Made by a program: the position numbers and the translations under genes | The notes under the pieces: generated by a model | What the model was told of the DNA's origin: nothing | Databases searched by the model: none | What the model saw: the letters and a program-made list of their open reading frames with translations, nothing else | Source: a bacterium | GTDB lineage: Bacteria; SAR324; XYD2-FULL-50-16; G965216635 | DNA: 64,000 nucleotides | Assembly (NCBI GenBank): GCA_965261475.1 | Contig: OZ253454.1 | Location: forward strand, 735,813 to 799,812 | Reading direction: 5' to 3' | Part shown: in pieces, positions 10,202 through 17,024 of the stretch | How the letters are laid out: every line of letters begins with the position of its first letter | How positions within the stretch are numbered: the stretch's first letter is position 1

Positions 10202-10822
10202 CTAGTAAATTGTTGGTTTAGCATCTACAGATCTCCAAAGAAATATAGTTGCTACGCTTCTCCAAGGTTTCCAATTTTTAGTAATCTTTGCTATTTCTAC
10301 ACTCTCTAATTTTTTTTCTTCGTTATAAATATTTTGTATTGACCTGATCAACCCTAGATCTTTCATAGGCAATATATCTGGCTCTAGTAAATAAAAAATC
10401 CCAAACATTTGAATTGTCCAAACCCCTACTCCTTTTATTTGAATGAGCTCTGAGGTAATATCTTCAAAAGATCTATTTTGCCAATGGCTTTGGTCTATAA
10501 TGTTTTTGTTTTGAAAATGTCTTGCTATATTATGAATATACTTTGATTTTTGTCTAGACAGTCCAAAAATCCTCATTTGAGGTTCTGGTATTTTAAGAAA
10601 ATTGTCAAAAGATATTTGATCTACGCCCTGTGTAATTTTATTCCAAACACTATCAGCAGCTCTCATAGAAATTTGCTGTCCTACAATAGAGCGCACCAAA
10701 GTTTGAAAAGCATTATCACTACTAGTTAACTTTAAATCTGTGTGAGTTTGTATAATTTGAGCTAATTTTTTATCTTTTTTACTTAAGTCTGTGATAGCCT
10801 GCTCCCAATAAAAAGCTTTCAT
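10202..10822 (-). CDS. HhH-GPD DNA glycosylase, small AlkA-like (3-methyladenine glycosylase II family)
   Basis: Helix-hairpin-helix LIQIKGVGVWTIQMFGIFYL followed by the Asp-containing loop PMKDLGL. About 200 aa, like the short AlkA forms. Confidence 0.7.
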   Translation of the reverse strand: MKAFYWEQAITDLSKKDKKLAQIIQTHTDLKLTSSDNAFQTLVRSIVGQQISMRAADSVWNKITQGVDQISFDNFLKIPEPQMRIFGLSRQKSKYIHNIARHFQNKNIIDQSHWQNRSFEDITSELIQIKGVGVWTIQMFGIFYLLEPDILPMKDLGLIRSIQNIYNEEKKLESVEIAKITKNWKPWRSVATIFLWRSVDAKPTIY

Positions 10823-10824
10823 TA

Positions 10825-11733
10825 TTAGTAAATGCCTTGTAAATTTTTTGCAGTAGTATTCCTATCATATTGCAAAGTAGTATCTAATTTTTTATGTCTT
10901 AAATGCTTAGACACTATATTAAGAGGAATATTTTTAGCTAGTAAATATGTAGCACAGCCAGAGCGTAGAGAATGGGCTCCAAATTCTTTTTCATTTAGAC
11001 CGCATGCCTTAGCAGCCCACTTTACTTTTTTACCAATGCTAACAGTAGAAATACGCTCTTTCGGTATTCCTGCTTTATTGATACTACAAAACAAAGCACC
11101 AGAGTAAATTTGTGAGATACTGATCCATTTTTTTATTGCTACTACAGGGCAAATTGCTTTGTTTTTAGAGGACATGATATTCGCAAATTCTTCTTTGCCT
11201 TCTTGATTGCCCTTACTTCTTTTTAAATGTAAGCGAATACCAAAATTTTCCCATTCTAGGTCTTCGCAATTAAGATTGGCGATTTCTGATCTTCTTAACG
11301 CACCAGCAAAACCTAGTAATAGTAATGCTTTGTCCCTAATACCTATAAGAGTTTTTGGAAAATTTATTTTTGCAATATGTTCTATAGTCAAAGCTTGTTT
11401 CCTTGTTTTTTTTGCTCCTAAGACTCTCCTCAAACCCTTAAGAATAGTTTGTAGATTCTCAGAATTTAAAACATTATTAAAACCACTTGATCTATGAATA
11501 GAATCTATAGCCCACTTTGCTTGCTCAATAGTAGAAATTTTTTTCTTTTTAAACATTAAAAATAGTAAATATTTTTCGACAGTCTCCGAATTAGATGGAA
11601 GCAATGGCAGATTATTATCCGTTGCCCATGCTTGGTATCCTCGCCAATTTTTAGCAATAGCTTTCTTGGTTGCCTTTGCTTTGGCAGCATCTTTAATGCT
11701 CGCTAAGTGATTTTGGTAATTGATGTCAATCAT
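10825..11733 (-). CDS. Cre-like tyrosine site-specific recombinase with an intact active site
   Basis: By-eye alignment to P1 Cre along the whole length: NWRGYQAWATDNNLPLLPSNSETVEKYLLFL vs SWAAWCKLNNRKWFPAEPEDVRDYLLYL, and IHRSSG...KQAL vs LHRRSG...KQAL. Catalytic R (ALRRSE), K (KRSKGN), H-x-x-R (AHSLRSG), H (RHKK) and Y (LQYDR) are all present. Start overlaps the pepN-like stop by 8 nt, and the gene ends 2 nt before the glycosylase start. Confidence 0.8.
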   Translation of the reverse strand: MIDINYQNHLASIKDAAKAKATKKAIAKNWRGYQAWATDNNLPLLPSNSETVEKYLLFLMFKKKKISTIEQAKWAIDSIHRSSGFNNVLNSENLQTILKGLRRVLGAKKTRKQALTIEHIAKINFPKTLIGIRDKALLLLGFAGALRRSEIANLNCEDLEWENFGIRLHLKRSKGNQEGKEEFANIMSSKNKAICPVVAIKKWISISQIYSGALFCSINKAGIPKERISTVSIGKKVKWAAKACGLNEKEFGAHSLRSGCATYLLAKNIPLNIVSKHLRHKKLDTTLQYDRNTTAKNLQGIY

Positions 11734-14431
11734 CTACAAGCAAATTTTTTGCAATTTTATTTAATTTTCTAGATATTTTTTGTGATAGAATATTTTCTAA
11801 ACATGTTTTTTTATTGTTTTCCTTGATAGGTGAAAAATTTGGTTCACTTTTAAACGCCACAACTAAATCACACGCAATGTCGTTGTTGATTTTATCTATC
11901 TCAATAATAAAATTTTTAACTAATTCATAACCTCTACCGCTAATATGATGAAAGCAATAAAAATTACAAAAAATAAAAGTATAAAAAAAACTAGTTATCA
12001 ATCTAGGTTTTTTATAATTCAACAGCGAATGTTGAGCAATTTGCTCTATTGCACTCATCACCCCAGGACGATTAGAGCTAGCTTGTAATTGAAACCATTT
12101 TGCAAGTAAAAACTGATTTTTCTGCCATTTTTTAGCTGTTTCTGACATTACTTGTTCTCGCTCTTCACAATCAATATTATTTAAAGCTCTCATCGCACCC
12201 ATAATATCATTAAAATGATTGCTATTTTTAAATTGATTTATAATCAAATTTTTTTCTTCTGAATAAGCTATGTATAAAAGACAAGTATTGCGTATCATTC
12301 TTTTAAAAATCTCTTTGCTATCTAAACTAAATTCAAATTCTGAAATATTTTTTTGATAAAGATTAAGAAAATTACTGAGTAGTTTAGATGATAAAGACTC
12401 TAGTAAATAATTCCTAATATAGTGGATAGAATCTGTGTTCTTCTGTGAAACATCAAAAAATAACTCTTCTTCTGTAGGTAGATTCATAGATTGATAAATC
12501 AAGGTATTATTAAAAAAATTATTAGTAATAATTTTTTGAAAATTAATAATAAAACTATCGTTTGTATAGACTACCTTATCTTTTGCATATCTTGCCAACT
12601 GTTCTTCAAAAATTGATAAAAAAAAGACGCGGTTAGCCTGCCAACAAATATAACTATTACCCTCATTGTAGCTCAAATTAGCTAGCTCGTTATGACTATA
12701 TTGGTATTTTATATCAACAGGCGTAATGAAACCATGGTTAAAAGACGGCAATAAATTAGGTGTATCGTAATAAGTAAAACTATGATAATTCTTTCTAAGC
12801 TCTACTATTTTCGGTCTTTTATTTCTTTCTGTATCTGAAATAATATCTTCGCTATTTCTATACTGAAGAGCAACATTGAAATTGATAGGAAATGCTTGCT
12901 CTACAAGCGGTAGTTTTGCAATAATTTTGTGGAATTCTAATTTTTCTGTTTTAAGATCTTCTATACTAGTAGTAAATTTATAGCTATTTTTGTCTTTATT
13001 GTTCTGTAAAAACTGCTTCCAGTATTCTGACCCACTTTTAGTGATTTTATTTTGATCTACTTGAAAGAAAAATATTTTATAAGTTTTTTGTGATTCATTA
13101 TAATAATCTAGCACTGTAATTTGTGGTATTTGCTTTTCTATAAACCAAATATGAAAATTTTTTAACTTTTTTCTACCAGCAGATTGTATAAAACTTATAA
13201 AATTTTCTAATACGGCTTCTTTTTTTTTACATTGATTTAAATATTCTCCTAGGGTCGCAAAAAATATCCCTTTATCAAAACTGAGTGATAACATTTGTAA
13301 AATTTTTACCATTCTATGGTAATTTTGAGAATAATCATAGGAGTTATCAAAAAATTGAATAGGAGCTAAAGATTCGCCTCCATTGGCATGGAGTAGTTTT
13401 AGATATTCTTTGGCATACTCAATTTCTTGAAAACTTTTTCCGTATTTGTGAAAAAGATATTCTTGTAAACGTAAAACGCTAAAACTTTGACAAAAAGCGT
13501 AGTAAAACCAATTTTGTTTGATAGATTTTTCTCTATAACAAATATAAAAAAATTTCTTTGCTAATTTTTTATCAATCTCTACATATTCCAAATCAGTAGT
13601 AGTGCTAGTAGAAGATGCAATAGAAGTTATATCAAAGATATTAAGCTCCTTGCCCTCCATAATTCTTTCTTTATAATTTTTGAGCGCAACTATTTGATAG
13701 CTAGGGGGATAATAAGTAGTTTGTAGAAGACCATAATCAAACTGCAGTATTTTACTGATGCAATTTAGTGCATAATTACAATGATCCTTGTAGATTTCTG
13801 GAACATAAAAAACGACTTCCACATCCTTAGAGCCTAGCGTTAATTTTGTTTTTACGACCGCAAAGTTTCCTGCAACTAGAGAAAACTGATGAGGAGCTCT
13901 AAGACAAGAACTTTGCCATAAAACCCAATGTGTATTTTTATTTTCTCCTTTATCTACTACCTCTCCATCTGATAGTAGGTGTGGAAATTTATCTTTAGCG
14001 GCTGTAATTTTGCAAGAAAATCTAACATGAGCATCATTATCATCAAAAAAATATGTTATTCTGTAAAAACTATCTTTGTCATTAATAGTAAAGATTTTTT
14101 TATCTGCTAAAAAAAGCCCGGTTTTTCTAGTGCTGATCAAAGATATTTTGCTTTTGATAGTTATGACATAACTGTTTTTAGTTAAATTTTTAATAACAAG
14201 CTGGTTGATATTTATTTTGTAATTCTGATAATCAATTTTTTGACCATCAACACAAATTTCTAGTAAATCTATGTTTTTACCTAACAACTCCATGTCTAGA
14301 GCATTTTTATTTATTTTTTTACAAATTAAATGACTAGTTACTAATGCCTCGTTATCTGCAATCACAAATTCTAAATTTACCTGAGATACAGACCAGTTAA
14401 GTAATATTTGATTTATATTTTTTTTTATCAT
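11726..14431 (-). CDS. M1-family (PepN-like) aminopeptidase homologue with an ablated zinc site; predicted catalytically inactive
   Basis: N-terminal and central regions align without gaps to E. coli PepN. GAMEN is replaced by RIMEG, HEYFH by KKFFY, and the third Zn ligand Glu (WFQLSLKEG) by Gln (YYAFCQSF). No HExxH occurs anywhere in the 901 aa. Confidence 0.75.
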   Translation of the reverse strand: MIKKNINQILLNWSVSQVNLEFVIADNEALVTSHLICKKINKNALDMELLGKNIDLLEICVDGQKIDYQNYKININQLVIKNLTKNSYVITIKSKISLISTRKTGLFLADKKIFTINDKDSFYRITYFFDDNDAHVRFSCKITAAKDKFPHLLSDGEVVDKGENKNTHWVLWQSSCLRAPHQFSLVAGNFAVVKTKLTLGSKDVEVVFYVPEIYKDHCNYALNCISKILQFDYGLLQTTYYPPSYQIVALKNYKERIMEGKELNIFDITSIASSTSTTTDLEYVEIDKKLAKKFFYICYREKSIKQNWFYYAFCQSFSVLRLQEYLFHKYGKSFQEIEYAKEYLKLLHANGGESLAPIQFFDNSYDYSQNYHRMVKILQMLSLSFDKGIFFATLGEYLNQCKKKEAVLENFISFIQSAGRKKLKNFHIWFIEKQIPQITVLDYYNESQKTYKIFFFQVDQNKITKSGSEYWKQFLQNNKDKNSYKFTTSIEDLKTEKLEFHKIIAKLPLVEQAFPINFNVALQYRNSEDIISDTERNKRPKIVELRKNYHSFTYYDTPNLLPSFNHGFITPVDIKYQYSHNELANLSYNEGNSYICWQANRVFFLSIFEEQLARYAKDKVVYTNDSFIINFQKIITNNFFNNTLIYQSMNLPTEEELFFDVSQKNTDSIHYIRNYLLESLSSKLLSNFLNLYQKNISEFEFSLDSKEIFKRMIRNTCLLYIAYSEEKNLIINQFKNSNHFNDIMGAMRALNNIDCEEREQVMSETAKKWQKNQFLLAKWFQLQASSNRPGVMSAIEQIAQHSLLNYKKPRLITSFFYTFIFCNFYCFHHISGRGYELVKNFIIEIDKINNDIACDLVVAFKSEPNFSPIKENNKKTCLENILSQKISRKLNKIAKNLLVDD

Positions 14432-14613
14432 TAATTATCTAAACATATTAAAACACACCGTCTTTGGTACAATGTTTTATTGCAATACTTATTCTGTATG
14501 GATATCTTGCTTTGATCTTGATATTTATAAAGATATAAACAAATAATGCGGTTACATTGATAGAAAATACTATATTTTTTTGGCATAAAGCAAGGAGAAT
14601 TTCTAGTTAGATC

Positions 14614-14629
14614 GTCAAAAATTTTTGAC
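14614..14629. promoter_or_regulatory. Perfect 16-bp palindrome GTCAAAAATTTTTGAC in a divergent intergenic region
   Basis: Read directly from the sequence. Lies in the 397-bp region between the pepN-like operon start and tsaD. Candidate operator or recombinase site. Confidence 0.25.
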
Positions 14630-14828
14630 TACATGTTTTAACTATCTAGTAATTATAATTTTGCTAAGAGATACGAAAGACAAAACAAACTTAACTAAAC
14701 AAGCTCAATAGTTGAGTTGCAAAAATTCTTACTAAACTTCAAACTAGTATTTTTATAGAAAAATAGTTTTTAAATAGCAGACTACAAATATATGCTAATT
14801 AGAATGTTGGTAAAAAATTTTTAAATAC

Positions 14829-15887
14829 ATGAGTTATATTTTAGGTTTAGAAAGTACTTGTGATGATAGCAGTCTTGGAGTTTTTGACACCCAAACAAAA
14901 AGTATAGTGTGGCATAAAACTTATTCTCAAGACAAACTACACGGACAATTTGGTGGCGTAGTCCCTGAGATAGCAAGTAGAGGTCATTTGAAAGCTTTGC
15001 CTATTTTAGCCCAACAATTATTTCAAGAAAAACAAATTTCTCTATCTAAGATTTCTTGTTTTGCCGTTAGTACTAATCCTGGTTTAATTGGATCTTTGTT
15101 GGTAGGTGTGAATTTTATGCGCTCTTTAGCTTGGAGTTGTAATAAGAAAATATTGGGAGTAGATCACCTAGAAGCGCATGTTCTCTCTCCTATGATAGAA
15201 AATAACCGACTTCAATGCCCTTATCTTTGTTTTTTACTTTCTGGAGGACATAGCATTGCTGTGATAGTTAAAGAAGTAGGTGTTTATCAAGTGCTAGGTG
15301 CTACTGAAGATGATGCTTTAGGAGAGGCTTTTGATAAGGTAGCGAAAATCTTGGGTTTTGAGTACCCAGGAGGACCTAGTATAGAAAACTTAGCCAAACT
15401 CTGGAAAGGTAAATTACAAGATTTACCTATTCCTCTAAAAAATAGACAAGATTATAATTTTAGTTACTCAGGGCTAAAAACAGCAACAAAAAGACTCGCC
15501 GTACAACTAGGAATAAATCGAGAAAAACAAAAATTAATTGACTTAAAAAGTTTTTTACAAAAAGAACACAAAAAAAAAAATACTATTCTACAGTTGGCAG
15601 CTAGTTTTCAAAAAATAGCTTTTGAATCTTTATTATGGAATTTTCAAAAAATTACAAAAAAATATTCTTTTCAAAGTTTTGCCATTGCAGGAGGGGTAGC
15701 AAATAATCAATTCATCAAACAATCTTTTCAAGAGGTTTGTAAAAAAAGAAGTATAAATTTTTTTACTCCAAAAACAGAGTATTGCACAGACAATGGAGCT
15801 ATGATTGCTTTTTGTGCTTATCTATATCAAAAATATCAAATTTTTCGTCCATTAAAAATTAGTTCTAAAAACTGTTTTTTTTATTAA
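14829..15887 (+). CDS. tsaD: tRNA N6-adenosine threonylcarbamoyltransferase (Kae1/YgjD)
   Basis: ILGLESTCDDSS N-terminus and the HLEAH metal-binding motif. Confidence 0.9.
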   Translation: MSYILGLESTCDDSSLGVFDTQTKSIVWHKTYSQDKLHGQFGGVVPEIASRGHLKALPILAQQLFQEKQISLSKISCFAVSTNPGLIGSLLVGVNFMRSLAWSCNKKILGVDHLEAHVLSPMIENNRLQCPYLCFLLSGGHSIAVIVKEVGVYQVLGATEDDALGEAFDKVAKILGFEYPGGPSIENLAKLWKGKLQDLPIPLKNRQDYNFSYSGLKTATKRLAVQLGINREKQKLIDLKSFLQKEHKKKNTILQLAASFQKIAFESLLWNFQKITKKYSFQSFAIAGGVANNQFIKQSFQEVCKKRSINFFTPKTEYCTDNGAMIAFCAYLYQKYQIFRPLKISSKNCFFY

Positions 15888-16069
15888 AAATTTTTTTATA
15901 CAAAAAATAATATAAATAACTTGATTTGCTTGATTTTACAGTGTTATATTAAATTGTGCTTGTAGGCAACACTAATATCTTCGTTTGATTTGGTTGCTGG
16001 CATAATTTTTGTATATTGTACTTAATTACCAGATGAAATATAAGCTTAAAATCTTTCTTAAATATTGTT

Positions 16070-16876
16070 ATGCAGATTAAAAAATACGATGAACATGCTA
16101 AGGTAGCTAATGAAGATGTTAGAAAGATTATCAGAAAAAAAAATAAAAAATTGCCTATCATTTTAACAGGCTTATTTTTGATTGTCTTTCTCAGTGCTCT
16201 AGTATTTGAATTCTACCACATTGTCAACAACGCCTCACCATCTGTTTCTTTATCAAAAGAGCAAACCGTAGAAAGTTCACCTTCTAATATAGAAAAAATA
16301 TTAAAGTACTTTTCTGCAAAAAAACTGTTTAGTTGGTCTAGCAAAGAAAAAGAGCAAGATAAGCAAGAAGAAATAGCAAAGCAAGATACACAAGATGAAC
16401 GAGTAGAACGAGTAGAAAAAAATACTATTGATTTATCTACTACAAAAGATAATCAAGTCGTAAGCAATACCGAGGACTTGTCTGCTGTAGCAGAACAAAC
16501 TGTAAATAAGGAAACTTTTAAAACTATACCCATTGACAGACAAAAACATAAATATAGCCTGCAACTTATGGCTGTCAGAGAAATAAATTTATCTCGCCTA
16601 AAAGAAATTGCAAAAATTTTAATAGATGAGAACTATTATGCATATATCTATAAAACACCCAATAAAATAAAAAATGCTTCAGATTTTGAGAGCAACTATT
16701 ATTTTAGACTAAGAATAGGTTTTTTCCAAAATAAAAAAGATGCCACACAAATAGCGTACAAACTAATAAAAAAATATCCTAGAATATTCAAAAATTACTT
16801 CGTTGCCTTACCTCTAAGAGAAGAATACCAAGCTGATTTTTTTGTTTTTAGCCCTGAGAAGCGAGTATTTGAATGA
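16070..16876 (+). CDS. Membrane-anchored protein with a C-terminal SPOR-like domain and an acidic low-complexity linker
   Basis: TM at residues ~38-58. C-terminal YSLQLMAV...YFRLRIGFFQNKKDATQIAYKL matches the SPOR-domain pattern. Confidence 0.45.
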   Translation: MQIKKYDEHAKVANEDVRKIIRKKNKKLPIILTGLFLIVFLSALVFEFYHIVNNASPSVSLSKEQTVESSPSNIEKILKYFSAKKLFSWSSKEKEQDKQEEIAKQDTQDERVERVEKNTIDLSTTKDNQVVSNTEDLSAVAEQTVNKETFKTIPIDRQKHKYSLQLMAVREINLSRLKEIAKILIDENYYAYIYKTPNKIKNASDFESNYYFRLRIGFFQNKKDATQIAYKLIKKYPRIFKNYFVALPLREEYQADFFVFSPEKRVFE

Positions 16877-16919
16877 TCTTCATAAATAAAATAATAATTC
16901 TCAAAAGCTCAAATAATAT

Positions 16920-16948
16920 TTGACAACTTATTTAACCTCCACTACAAT
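16920..16948 (+). promoter_or_regulatory. Near-consensus sigma70-type promoter upstream of nrdA (TTGACA, 17-bp spacer, TACAAT)
   Basis: TTGACA at 16920-16925, exact 17-nt spacer, TACAAT at 16943-16948. About 75-110 nt upstream of the nrdA start. Confidence 0.45.
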
Positions 16949-17024
16949 TTTTTCTGAGTAATAGGTCTAAAAATGGGTTATTACTAGCTAGAAGTCAACC
17001 TAGAATTTTGAATATGAGAAGCAA

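Noticed and set aside
10832-11497. Two plus-strand ORFs (91 aa and 96 aa) lying inside the recombinase gene on the opposite strand
   Set aside because: They are low-complexity shadow ORFs antisense to a well-supported CDS. Such ORFs arise readily in AT-rich DNA, and neither shows any motif.
10202-14431. A prophage, ICE or genomic-island interpretation of the integrase-containing region
   Set aside because: No phage structural or replication genes, no flanking tRNA, and no detectable direct repeats. The recombinase is translationally coupled to its neighbours, and the surrounding genes are core metabolism.
11726-14431. Calling the 901-aa protein an active aminopeptidase N
   Set aside because: Gapless alignment shows HEXXH, the downstream Glu ligand and most of GAMEN substituted, so zinc-dependent catalysis is implausible.
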